Translations under genes and position numbers: made by a program
Notes under the pieces: model-generated
The model's database searches: none
What the model was told of the DNA's origin: nothing
The model's input: the letters and a program-made list of their open reading frames with translations, nothing else
Shown: in pieces, positions 10,313-24,030 of the stretch
Layout: each line of letters begins with the position of its first letter
Position numbering within the stretch: the stretch's first letter is position 1
Assembly (NCBI RefSeq): GCF_964355755.1
Contig: NC_092680.1
Span: forward strand, 7,688,001 to 7,752,000
Reading direction: 5' to 3'
DNA length: 64,000 nucleotides
DNA from: Antedon mediterranea
Lineage: Eukaryota > Animalia > Echinodermata

Positions 10313-13006
10313 TCTATATATAAATTTACGTAAGGGCAAAATTCGATAAATCTTGGTTAATTTATAGAATTTTTACTCGATTGTATATAAAGTTGGTTCG
10401 TACTTTTGGTACTGATTTTAACCATCTGACATAACCCTGTTTACTAATTAAATTGAGTTAGGTAATTAGTTATTGACGGTTAAAACGAATTTAGGTTCAA
10501 CGATTTGCCCCAAATAGGGGTGTTTCCGATCGTGGTATACACTGTCTAATGGATGTCCATCTTGAAAAATACCCGCCACAAAAATGCGAGGAGGCTTCAC
10601 ATTTTCCTATCTCCTCCTACGATAATTGTTTTTAATAGCTGAAAACTGGTTGAACAGCTAGAGTACAGCATCATAATGTTGAAGACAGGCCGATTTTCTT
10701 AAAAAAATACTATTTTGATAGATTTAATATACGATTATACAAATGTATTGATTTGCGATGAATGGAACATCCCAGAGTTTGGTTTAACACAAGTAGGTAA
10801 ATTTATGAGCCCTTGGTTTAACACATACGGTAGGTAATATATGGGCCCTTTGAGAATAAACTTGCAATACTTTGACAATACTGTAAATACCTATTAACTA
10901 TTTTTGGTCGTCATTTGAATCGAACATTTCTTACTGTGAATGTTCATACTGTTAAGCCTCATTCGCACTTGATTAAATTATAGGCAGATTTTACCGAGAT
11001 CCCGGTAAAGTTTCCGAAGGTAAAATCTTACCATCATTCGCACTTGGATTGTTCCACTTGGTTAGTTTAACCTCAACTAACAAAACAGCCTAAACAAGTA
11101 ACTATTGAGGGCGCAATATTGTGACCTTCATCGTGACCTTTACTTCCACATTGTCAAAAATCGGTGACTACTTCTTCTTCGCATGCAGCTAAAGTAAAAT
11201 GACGTCACGTTTGAGTCTGCGCGCATATGATGCAAAAAGAAATATTTGTCACCACGTCTCTCTTGCGCATGTTTTTACCAAATAAGCGCGTAGCTATACA
11301 ATCTTTGATTTTACAAAATGTTTTCAGTGATAAATGATGGTGCGATCGGTGGTACGGAAAATAAAATTATTCCGATATTGTTCCCGATAACAAAGAAGCA
11401 GATTAAATATAGTTGTTTATTTGACTCATTTGGCTTAATAGAATGATGCCTATGCCTTGAAAGATTTTCTATGATACTACCTACTCACTAGCGGCCTAAC
11501 TAAAGTAAAATACAGTATTTGAGTAGTAGTTTATTAATATTATTAGTACACTACACACTATCAGGCCATATCCATCCTCCTTCATCGTTACGGCGTCGCA
11601 TCGTGCAGCATACTATGCTGGGTTAGTGTACATCTGCACGATGCCGGCCACGGCTAACTACGCTTCCCACCCACCCTAGCTAGTATGCACTGCGCTGCCA
11701 CTAGGCCTACCTAGCCTATTTCGGATCTATGTCTTCCAACATCTGAAAATACATAATGTACTAATACTGTACATTATTGTTATTATTCTTTATTCGCACT
11801 GGAAGTATCTAGGCTTTCCTGTTAAAATTAAATATATTATTTATTATCCTCAGCAGTGAAAACAATTATATTTTGTTGTATATGCCGTGATTTTAATTGT
11901 TAAAAACATGATCGTCAGTCGATGGCTCAGGAGTTTCGATAAATCTCGCGTCGCGCGTGGTGTGGAAAACACGCTCAGCAAGTTTACTTCATTTAATATG
12001 CAGGATACTCTGCTTGAACGTGACGTCATTTTACTTTAGCTGCATGCGATCGTTTTCCTGTTTTGGTCATATGAATTGTACGCATGCGTCATTGTTCAAC
12101 AAAGCGATAAAGGTCAACCAATTAGAAGCAATCTCAGTAACCTCGGTAGGTTTAACCGATTCCCGCTGTTCGCACTGGATTATTCAGGCCGGTTAATCTC
12201 CCTCGGTCAGTTTTCCTGGGCACATTTCACTCCAGAAAACTAACCGCCGTGAAAGGGTAAGTTTAACGGAGTGAGACTTCCTGGGATGTACGCACTGGAC
12301 TTTTTCCGGTCAAACTAACATACATGTCGGTTAGTTTGACTGAATTAAGTCCAGTGCGAATGAGGCTTTAGATGTAATATAAAAATATATACAAATAAAC
12401 TTTATTACTGAGATTGTGGTTAGGCTCTACTGATATATAAACACATTATTATATACAAATAAACTTTATACTGACAGTTCCTTCTCAACGTTTGTATTAA
12501 TTAATAATTACCAATAATATAAACGTCGTAGTGGTGTATCGTGTACTTTGATATTTCAATCGATTATGACAGTGACAGTTTTAACAAAGTATTAAATCGC
12601 AAATGTTTTACTTTATTTAGAGGTATATTATTTATAGGCCTATAAAACATGAAAAAAATATTTCGTTACTGAGTGGATAAAGAATATATTTAAAAATTGT
12701 TCCTCTTTGTACCTATCCGCTTTCCCATCCCTCAACCCTAATGTTACATACAAAACACAAATTGGGTTTCTTTAAATGAGTCCAAATCAAAAATTTGGAC
12801 TCATTTTGTGATAAGTTTTTCCTTCGGAAGTAATTCCCAGGGTGCTAATTTTAGTTGACTACATAAATCATCGTGTCTATTTATTCGTTTCTGTAAACGA
12901 CAATGTATTATATAATAGTCCTGCGGTACGTACATTTGAAATCGCCAGTTTTGTTACGCTGAAATTACTGTGTATTCGAGAACCATCTGTGGGCATGACC
13001 ATCTAG
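10313..13006 (+). mobile_element. Non-autonomous Helitron, copy 2 (interrupted by a Harbinger-like element)
   Basis: A|TCTATATATAAATTTACG ... CATCTAG|T. Reverse complement of 5701-7010 apart from the 10955-12367 insert and a 30-bp deletion of the 3' hairpin. Confidence 0.88.
10955..12367. mobile_element. PIF/Harbinger-type non-autonomous element
   Basis: 15-bp perfect TIR AGCCTCATTCGCACT / AGTGCGAATGAGGCT with TTA TSD (10952-10954, 12368-12370). The empty site (single TTA) is visible in Helitron copy 1 near 6368. Confidence 0.93.
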
Positions 13007-16000
13007 TAATAATAATTATAATAATAATTTTAATACTGGTTGCAGTAAATTTAAATTGGCAAATTTTCGAGAGAACACTGCTAACATTTTAAATATTTTG
13101 AAATTGAAAACAAATAATATACTGATGTGTAATTATTAAGACAACAGTATTAGAATCAATTGAATATTAGTATTATTTATGATGCTGTATTTTTTCAACT
13201 AAAGTAGAGACTAGTTTGCACATTATCCAAAGACTTCAACGTAATGGTTTGTTTTCCAAGTATCAGTTGCCAGAACGTAGTTTGTATTTGTCAGGCACAC
13301 TCATGAGATAAAAGCAACATCTGTGTTGGCAATTATTCCTGGTACTTTGCCAGATTCTGATCCATATTTAAACGTATTTTGAACTGCATTATGAGAATGT
13401 TTTTCTATTATGATGGTACAATTGCTACAGAATAAGTACAAAATGCTTTTTTATTATTGCAGATTTTTAAAATCTTTTTCGAATACATTACAGAAAATCT
13501 CATATGCTTTAGATTGCATAAATAGTCAATTTGTGTGGGTTTGCAATGTGAGTTAAATACAATGACAATAACGGATAGTAGTTGTACATAAGGTATTTAC
13601 TAGATAAATCATGAATAATACCACCAATCTTGCGAGTTAGGATGACTATAACGAGGCATTTACTATTTTAAAATTATTATACCAGGTGAATTTTTGTTTA
13701 AAGAAATAACAAAATTTAAAAACAGTGATTGCAAAAAAGAAGAGGCAAGTGTGTACTGCCAAGAAAACTTAAAAACCTAATTCCAGTTGAGTCTTAAACA
13801 GACGAATCTATTTTATTCCTAATATGACCATTTACACACAACCCAGAGCGGGCAGGCTGTTTCTGCTCAGGATAGATACAGATTATTGGAACAAGCAATT
13901 GTTTTTCCGCTTACTGTTACAGTTTAACATCCACACATTCGAAATGAAACTAATTTATACTTTAAAATGTCATCAAATTATACAAAAGCGTAAAAAAATG
14001 GTATAAAAAGTTAATTTATTTTAAAATTAGCTATTGATATATTCGTTTATTGAATGTTCTGATTTTAATGAATCCGAATATCGAATATTTATGCGAGGCC
14101 TTGTTTATCTATGCCTAAAGCTTCTTCTAGCCTATTAATTCAAAATATTCTTTCTCTTCGGGTTTGTGCTATGTAGAATTAGACGCTATAAAAAGCAATA
14201 GCATTCTCATTGACGTATACTACTAATGCAGTTCTTAAAGTTTCAATATAAACAAATTTATGTTTTGATAAATTTTGCAATTTTAATTGGAAAGTTTGAA
14301 AAGTCATCTACAACTTATATAATTTATCATTGACATTATTTTCTGCAGTAATTGTGGATGATTGTACATTGTAAATTTCCACTTTATTGCTTAGTGACTT
14401 TATCGTTAAAAATCTAAAGTGTAATCAAAATAATTCAAAACATGTGATTTTTTTTTCTATATTTTAAAGATGTATTATCTCCCGAAAATATAAATATTAA
14501 TATCAGACTTTGAATATGGCACTTTGCAGTCTTAAGAAAGTTATTCAGTTTTGCCTGAATAAATAAATTGCTTGCAGATAAATGCCATCGAGTACCTCAA
14601 TATGTTTATACTTAAATTAAAAATAGCAGATATCACATGTTAATGTGTTTGCTTGTTTAGAACAGTGTAAAGTCAAATTAATATTTTTTTCTTAGAGGAA
14701 TTGTTCTAATAGCCAGATCACCTATTGATTTGTCAGAGTTTTGTTAATTGCCCTTCCCTCTAATATTATTATTATTTAACAGAAATTAACGATTTTTAGA
14801 GTGGTTTTTGTTATTTTTTATTTTTATAGATTATTAGATGGATTATTATTATTAAACATTATTCGAGGGATTATTATTAGGGATTATTAAAGAGATTTAT
14901 TGAAATGTGGCAAAGGATCTTCTTTTACGTCTCACACATGCTTTGTCAGGTTGTTGACAGTTTGTGTATGGCTAAAGTTGTTCTCACTCAAAGATGCTAT
15001 GTGTGAGGATGAAGTGTCATCGTTATATGACACAGCGTCCGTTTCTGGATGACATGCCAGCTAATGTAATCAATAACTTGTACGGTGGTGGTTTACATAA
15101 CATAATAATTTGTTAGTTAGCTAGTGGCATGTCACGATTGACTTCCGATGTGACCGCCTACACTTGACAGAGAGGGAATGTGTGATATTTTGAGCTATTT
15201 TGTTTGCATTTCATTGATCCAGTCTAAAAGTTTCTGACATGAGAGAGTCCTGTCATGCTGATGGTGTCAAGGAAGTGATTACTGTAAATAAGTAATTTTA
15301 TAAATTATAGTCAAGACAAAAGTTCCAATACGTCCATTCCTTCAAAGCTCACAAAAATTTGATTTATGTACAATTAACCAGATATTATGTTTAAAATTCA
15401 TGCCTGTACCTGAGCTTTAATACTTTTATTTTTACATTTTTATCTTACCTTATTTTTTAAATGAACTAATAGGAGAAATTCATTTGATTATAGTTCATAC
15501 CATACCATTGTTTCCATATTACACATACAAAAATAAACGGCTCACCTGAATAAACTCCTCTTCGAATAAATGTCCCCGAAAAACTCTCCTAAACAATAAG
15601 TGCTTCGGTTCAAATAAATACAGTATTTTATATGTTACCCAAAGTCTTCTTCTATCTACTTTCGTTATAAAAGTCATGATAAAACTGACCTAAAATGCAA
15701 TTATCAAGAAACTAGGTTATGCCAACAACATTTTTCTCACTATTTTCAAAGTATTGATTTTAAAGACAAACTATACATAAGGTGTTAAATGTTAGGTTAC
15801 ATATCAGCCTCAGTTCATTTAAAAAATTCCCTTTTAAATTTGAGGCACAGCATACTTAATATCAAACAGGGTTTAATTGTTGCGGCCAAAATTAGCAGGA
15901 TAAATTATAACAATAGTGGCGTTCCATACTGGCAGCCAAATAAATGATCAGAAACATTCATATATTGGTGAGTTGTAACATGCAGTACTGTTGGTACTAT

Positions 16001-18344
16001 TGTGTGAATATATTTGTATGCTATTCTGAGGCTTAACACAATTTGTTGCACTATTATCTTGCTCTAAGCAACAAAACTAATGATCCATGGATCCAGTAAG
16101 GACTCTTAAGTAGGCACCCTTCTTGTCTAAGTCATTAAATCTGATTAAATTTATTGATTATATGTATCAACTACAAGCTTAGATGTTGTCGCAGACTAAT
16201 ATACAAACCCAACACAGGTTGTAATGTTCATATCTCTGAGCATTAGACCATGGAGGTAAACATTTTTAATAAATAGAATTTATTTTTTTAATTTTATACC
16301 TCCATGATTGGACCTTATTGGGTTGCCTGGCACTCAATAATAAAAATATATCTTTAGTTAAAATGTCCTCTTTTGAATGATCTGTATGCATTTCAAAGTT
16401 TCAAGTTTTCTTTTATGGATTCAACCGATTAATTGCCATATATATATTAAATGGGTGTTTATACTTTAGTACATTCACTTTACGCTGTAGTAATTTCTTA
16501 GCGTTTTCTAATTGATAATAGTGAGATGACGGCACAAATAATGACTTCCCAAATGATAAAAAATAATGCACATTTTTACTGAACCAGGCATTTGATATTT
16601 TTCTGTACAGAGCTCTGTGATCATCTGACTCACTATATAATATAATATTGATTCAGTAACACAATACTCATATCAAACCTTTGAGTTAACCGAACAATGA
16701 GATGCAGGTCTAAAAACATAAAATTACACTATTTTTACAAAAGCATGATATAAAACGAGGCTCAATTCAAAACAAATATTACGGTAATATAAAATTGCAA
16801 TTTTGCCAATTATTATTATATCAAATTATGAAATTACCATTAATACTGCACTGCACTATTAAATTTTAATTATAAGTACAATGAGGATATTATTTACATA
16901 ATCCAAAAGTAAAACGAAATATTAATAAAAGAGATAAAATAGAATTTATTGAGAGCAAACTAAACAATAGATTAAAATAAATTAAAAATGAAATAAAATT
17001 TGTTATTGTGATTTTTACTGATTAAATCGGTATACAAAATTAACAATTTAAAAATGTATTTACAGAATAAAATAGGATATAAATTTATTTTATCAATTTT
17101 AGTAAATACAATATATACTAGGAAGTTTTGTTTGAATTCATATTAATTTATTTCTGTAAACTTTATTCTGTTAATGTTAAAAATTTGTGTAACATTTAAC
17201 ATTTGAATGATAAAACTTTCAAGTTTGTTTAAATGACATTTAGAAATATTAAGATATGACAATCTTCTCTAGAAGAATTTCCAATAGTCTTCTTTATTAT
17301 TGTAACATAGGTAGTACTGTTGGTACTAGCACTATTGGTACTAGCACTATTGGTACTAGTACTGTTTGTCTTGTGTTTTATCTGACAAACAGTAATTGCT
17401 GTTAATACATTAATTAATTAAACACAACTAACAATTTCATTATTATGACTATTAAATTTCACTTTATATTATTGTTTTTAACAGTTTATTTCTTAATCAT
17501 TTAAATTAGTTAATTCTGGGTTGCATTTCAAACATTGATTCATATCATTATTGCTATGTCAAAACTATAATCATTGTCTAGTTGTGGTTTCTTTTGCTTG
17601 ACCCAAAGTGACCAATACAAAAATAGAACATTTATGAGTGAGTTTTTCCGTTGTTTTAGTATTTTATGAGCTATATGTCGACCTTTATTTTCTAATTTAT
17701 CATTCTGACAAGGATTGTCAAAAGTTCTGCATAATCAGGATTTATGGAGATAACTGTATATTTTTTTTTAAATTTTAGTTACTCTACTTTATGATTTTGG
17801 CTTAAATTATATGTTCAGTTCAGTTGGTGATATTTAAATTTACATTTTCCCATGTGGTAAACATGTTATTGCATGCTAGGCAAGTTTATCTTTTCTGATA
17901 TTACTAGCATGATACTATCCTCCATACAGTATTCACTTGCACATATAAATTATTACCATACCATTACCATACAGAAATAAAATTATTAAGAGTTGATACC
18001 CAAGAGTTGAGGGTTGAGATATAAAAATATGTCTGAATTATTGAGAGCGATATCCATTCATCTTATTTGGATCAGAAATGAATGTGGCCTAGATACTTCA
18101 ATTTTTATCATCAAATATTAGATTTGATATAATTTATAAAATCTAAGTTGTATTAAGAAGATATCTTTCTTTGACCCATATTCGCATAAAAATATAAAAA
18201 CATATTATTAATTAATTTATGCATGCCAAGGTTACAAATAGTGAATTTATTCCATGATTTACTGTATAGAATGTTTAACTATGTCCTTTGTTTATTTTTT
18301 GGGCTTTTTTTCTTTTCAATTGTTAATATTCACTCACTAAACTA

Positions 18345-19300
18345 TTACAACTTCACTTTCACCAAGATATAACTCTACTTTCACCAAGATATAACTCTAC
18401 TTTCACCAAGCTTAAACTTCATTCTCATCAAGCTACAACTCCATTTCACCAACTTACGACTCTCTAATTTTCCAAAGTGCAAATCCACTTTCCCCATCCA
18501 CTCTCACCAAGTTACAACTCTCCACTTTCACCAACCTACAACTTTATTTTCATCAAGCTACAACTCCACTTTCACCAAGTTACAACTCTCTATTTTTCCA
18601 AAGTGCAAATCCACTTTCCCCATCCACTCTCACCAAGTTACAACTCTCCACTTTCACCAACCTACAACTTTATTTTCATCAAGCTACAACTCCACTTTCA
18701 CCAAGTTACAACTCTCTATTTTTCCAAAGTGCAAATCCACTTTCCCCATCCACTTTCACCAAGTTACAACTCCACTTTCTCAAACTACAACTCCACTTTC
18801 ACCAAGTTACAACTTTCCACTTCCACCATGAATTACAACTTCATTCTCATCAAGTTACAACTCTACTGCCCCAAACTAAAACTCCACTTTCTCCATACAA
18901 CAACTTCACTCTCACAAAACTACAAACATTCTCATCAAGCTACAACTCCACTTTCACCAAGTTACAATTCTGTACAGTACTTTCTCCAAACAACAACTTC
19001 ACTCTCATCAAACTACAACTTTATTATTATCAAGCTATAACTCCCTACTTTCTCTAAACTACAACTTGACTTTCACCAAGTTACAACTCCCTACTTTCTC
19101 CAAACTACAAATTGACTTTCACCAAGTTAAAATTCCCTACTTTCTCCAAACTACAACTTGACTTTCACCAAGTTACAACTCCTACTTTCTCCAAACTACA
19201 ACTCCATTTTCACCAAACTACAACTTCATTCTAATCGAGATACAGCTTCACTACAAATTACAACTCCACTTTCACCATTAACAACTCCACTGTCACCAAG
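18345..19300. repeat. Degenerate about 22-bp minisatellite (caccaagttacaactccacttt) with a 126-bp higher-order unit
   Basis: ccaaagtgcaaatcc recurs at 18472, 18598 and 18724. Confidence 0.92.
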
Positions 19301-20002
19301 CCACTCACTAAACAAGTTACAATGATGTTGTACATGCCAAGATCATTTAACAGCTGGAACTGACAGGTTTCTATCAACTGTATGTTAAAAATAAAATCCA
19401 ATTAAACTTCATTAAGCTTGAGACATTGTGAAATTATTGAAGTAAATCCATGGTGGTATTAAGCATACATTGATTGTAAAATTCAATCATTTTGTTTTTA
19501 CACAATAAGACACATGTGCTGAATCGAGGTTTAAAATTCATAATTGGCTCTTAGGAATGGGGAATACTGCTCTTAGGAATGGGGAATACTTCTCTTAGAA
19601 AATTGGATTACAACAGTAAACTCGTTACGATTGCCATTGGGACTTATTGATATTTTGTGCAGCATAAAACTATGATTGAGCTAGGAAGCTCTAGTGTAAA
19701 CTTACTACATTGTACTATCAGATCTGCACCACACCCGACTTTCTTGAAGATCGTGTGGTATTGGGAGAGTTGAATGTAATTTAAGATACAGAATGTTATC
19801 ACAGTATAGTTTAGTTTAGAAATTCTGTACAGTCTAAAAAAAAATGCAATGCAATGTTGCTTTATATGCTTAAAGTACTGTTGGAAATTGCTAATATTAA
19901 AGTACAGTAATAATATATAGATAAATCATATATGATTCCACTGAACTTTCGAGTTAAAATAACGATTGTGATCATTTGATAAATAGGAAACCTGCGGCCT
20001 TA

Positions 20003-20100
20003 AAATGTTTTGAGAAACTATTCTCATCATCAGAACAGAAAACAAGTACTCTAGGCATTGTTTTCTGTTCTGATGATGAGAATAGTTTCTTGAAATATTT
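20003..20100. repeat. Long inverted repeat (hairpin)
   Basis: 33-bp perfect stem agaaactattctcatcatcagaacagaaaacaa / ttgttttctgttctgatgatgagaatagtttct, 12-nt loop, extendable with G-U pairs. Confidence 0.9.
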
Positions 20101-20783
20101 CAAGACATTTTAAGGCAATAATATATTTATATATATATATATATATAATTGATAACTCATAGCAATGGTATTAACCCATTGTATTATTAAGGGTATACCC
20201 AAAATACAATGCATTGCGAATTAATTAAATGTCCAATCCTCAATGTGAGCACAGTTCTGGCAAACACTTGTACATGTTTAATGTCCCATTCTACCATCAA
20301 TCATGTCTAATTTTCAACGTTGTGCTGTATGAGGAACATTATTAATTATCAGAGAAAACATACAAATGCCAGAAGAGTTTTAAAATAGCATTGCCATGGC
20401 TCATTCAGTTTGTTAGTATTTGATTGATTAGTACTAAATTTAGCCGTAGAATAATAATCATATTTTTTATTTTTGTTTTAAACTTTGGTTATACATAATG
20501 ATCTCATAAATATATAAAAACATATTTTTAAAATAGTGTCAATTGATTAGGTGAAGCAGAGAAGCAATTAAAACCTCCTGGGTGAAATATAGTTGTACAG
20601 TAATTGTTACAATATTTCAATGTTGATTTTTTATTGTGACTGAGTGTCTCGGAATCTGTTTTTGTAATTTTATTAGTTTTCTAAATAATACAGTAAGCCT
20701 TTTTGTATACCGATTTACACATAATCCCATATTCAGTGTCACACAAATATCATGTGAGACCTGTTTCTCAGACGATAGCCTAA

Positions 20784-21926
20784 AGGCCCATTTACAGTAC
20801 AGTAAGGCGATAACGATCGACGATAACAAGATAAATATGCATTTTTCATACCTAAAATTATTAAAGAATTTTAAAAAGTTTTCATCCTAGAACTATAGGA
20901 TTAATAACATTAAAGAATTTTGCATTCCAAAAATAAAAACGGAACGATCAAAAAATTTTATTGTAAACTTTGGTCTCTTTCACAAGTGGTAAGCATACTT
21001 ATATATCCCTGCACAGTCGCTTCGTTCATTTTGTCTGTTGTTCGATGTTTTTGTGTTTTTTGATTTATATCGTTGATGGATTTGATATATTTTTTCATTT
21101 AAGTCTAAGTATATATTTTTGTATAATTCAACCCAAAAGTTGCAATAAAAGTATTTTATCAGTTTATCAGTTTTATATATGCTCCCTTTGATGAAAATTA
21201 AATTTTCACACGTCCAATCAAGTGACGTCTTGATTAGTAAGAGCAATAATATTGTTACAAAAATACAACGATTTTATTGTTTTTATCGATCATGACATCA
21301 TATGATTGCATTTAAAAAAATATTATTTTATAAAATACAGCAATGATATATTTAATATATCATTGCATGCTATCATTCTAATTATCTAACTTTCAAACTT
21401 TTGCATTCCTCTTTTTTCATTTCATCCTTTTTATCTTGGTGAAAAGGGAGGATACTACATTTTCCTCCCCTGAGTTAACATAGCCTCTCTACTCGAACAC
21501 AAATAAGATCACAAATAAGATCACAAATAAGATAGTTTAACAAGAAAATTTTAATTATGTATTTTACCGCCATTTTTCATTTTTACATTTTAATTAACAT
21601 CGTATCTAAAATTTTAAATGAAAATAAATATGGTTGATACTGAATTTAAGCATCTTATTATGTGAATATACCTGTATTTTAACTACTTTAAACACTTACT
21701 TTTAATTGTCACAAATGTACTTATATGTATATAATATATTCACCAATGAGAATTTAAATAAACGTGAGATGAACTCACACCAGACAAAAAAAAAAAAAAT
21801 ACAGCATACATGATTATCCTATAGTTCTAGAACGAAAACTGTTGTATTTTTGTTTTGTTTTATCCAAGAAAGATGTATGTTTATCTATTTATCGTCGATC
21901 GTTATCGCCATAGTGTAAATGGGCCT
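20784..21926. mobile_element. Harbinger-like non-autonomous TIR element
   Basis: AGGCCCATTTACA...GGCGATAACGATCGACGATAA / TTATCGTCGATCGTTATCGCC...TGTAAATGGGCCT. A second inverted pair ctagaactataggat (about 20888) / atcctatagttctag (about 21816). Flanks are TAA and TTA. Confidence 0.85.
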
Positions 21927-22296
21927 TTACTGTCCTCCTCCAACACCTTTTCCCTCAAATAAATGTTAATACAAGATTATCAAATAAAAGTAGATTTTTA
22001 ATTTTGGATATCAGAAATAAATGTTGACAATACATAATTTATGCCTGTTTTGTAGTACACTTTCATAAGATTTTACAAAATATAATTTTCTTTACATACA
22101 CATTAATCACCATCTGGTCAAAATATCATTAACCATTTTTTTGGTACAATCATTAATGACTGTATGCTTTGTTGATGACGCATTTTGTCACTTGTTTTAT
22201 CTGCCGTGATATCATGTTTCATTTCTGTCATTTTTGGTCTGTTTACTATGCAAGTTGTCTCAACATTTATGGAATCAGGATCTGAGAAAAAGTTGA

Positions 22297-22389
22297 GCTC
22301 TAACCGAGATTCGAACCCGGAACCTTCTGCTTAATATGCAAATGTCCTAACCATAGACCACTGGGGTTTTCATGGTATTTTTCAAATTC
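22297..22389 (-). mobile_element. tRNA-derived repeat head (SINE-like), copy 1
   Basis: A box TGGTCTATGG, B box GGTTCGAATC, stem-loop tttgc-atattaa-gcaga. The acceptor stem is broken. Confidence 0.7.
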
Positions 22390-23946
22390 AATTTGATAGC
22401 GACTCTATGTACAGTTGATTTAACATTTGTTAGTTAAATTTTAATTAGTTTCAATCACATATTATCTTCAATATCTATTTGTATTATTTGTTATATCGAA
22501 TTATAATACTGATTCGTAGATTTTATGCTTGTTATATATATATATATTTCAACCCTGTTATTTGTGGTTACTGTAGGGTCAAGATGAAATAAATAAAAAT
22601 GAAATTATGCGCTTATTGATTCATGTTCAAAATAACCTTAACAGCAACTGTGATGTTAACTCCATTAACAATGAAACATTGCAGTGAACTAGCTTCTCTT
22701 AAAGATGAAATATAATTAGTTATTATAATTATTTTTCCCTCCATTAGTGTTTCATGCAGTAGTTTCCGTGATTGAATTAGATAGTCATTAGTAATATTCT
22801 TTACTATATGTAGGGTCATCTGTAAGTGGTAATTATTTTTAATTGTATTCAGTCTATTGATAAGAAACCTTGACCCATCCAGCCAGGAACCAACTTCTGG
22901 TTAATTAATAAAATAATTTCTAAATTACGCGGTGTCTTTGGTCCTGTAAAGCTAAGTTTAGTCCATGGTTGAATTATAGTAAACAGCAGATTGAGTTTCT
23001 CTCCCTATTCTCAGATGTATTTATCCAGTATCATAGTAAAATTCTGTATTTATCGCATGTGTGTCGTGGCACGTGTGGTGCCTGTATCATGAAAGGTTAG
23101 GGTTATTTTAGCAGTTTTTCTCCACAAATAACTAAAAAATTAATTTAGTGTTCATGTTCACAAAAAATAAAAGTTATTATTCATTCAGTCAATCTTTTAT
23201 TTCGGAGTCTCTGGTCCATAGGAAGTAAAATTACATTGAATTAATTTTTACCCTAACTTGTGAATAAAAATAAAAAATTACATTTGACATTTTAACCAGT
23301 TATTTGTAATCTGTTCTGTTTCCACTACTCAAGAAAATTTAAATAATTTTATCACCAAATTTTACACAGATATTGGGGTTGGTTGGGATTCGGGAGATAT
23401 TTCCTGCAGGATTTTCTAACTACAACCTACCTGTACATTACACATGGTTGAGTTTACTTAGTGTTTGTGAACTAAAGGATACATCATTAACTTGTATGAC
23501 TTCAATTGAATCTTATCCAGGGTCTTGCAGATTATTGCTAAAAACAAGTACTTAGTCTACTCATTAAGTCCAGTTACTTGAGTAGCAAACAAAATCCATT
23601 TATGAATTTTGAAAGTATTATAAATCTACAAGACTTACTCTTACCATGCAGATTTATCATTGGAGCATCTTAATATATTTTATATACATTGAAATCGAAT
23701 GTCGTGCTAAATGGATGTTTAGTCTTCAATGTGTTTTGTACTGTACAGTACATACTGAAGTAAATGCATGAATGTATACATCAGGCTAGTTGTCTAGTAC
23801 TTTTTTCACCATATTTCTGACTAGTCAACATTTTTTAAAGGTTTTAGATGGAAATTTATAATTTTTCTTTTAAGAAATTGGCTAATAAATTGTTATTTAT
23901 ACATAAATTTTAGCCATACCATAAAATCAGCAATTTTATGATCTGC

Positions 23947-24030
23947 ATTTGAATCTTACCAAAGTAGTGGTCTAATGGTAGGATGTCTGCATATCAAGCA
24001 GAAGATTCCTGGTTCAAATCTTGGTTGTGG
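23947..24030 (+). mobile_element. tRNA-derived repeat head, copy 2
   Basis: agtggtctaatggtaggatgtctgcatatcaagcagaagattcctggttcaaatcttggtt, homologous to copies 1 and 3. Confidence 0.65.

Noticed and set aside
18477-19040. 187-aa ORF with SPSYNSP repeats resembling the Pol II CTD
   Set aside because: Derived from the 22/126-bp minisatellite. There is no regular YSPTSPS heptad.
22297-22366. Functional tRNA gene (also 23966-24030 and 56350-56420)
   Set aside because: Acceptor stems do not pair and the anticodons differ among copies, so these are repeat-derived.
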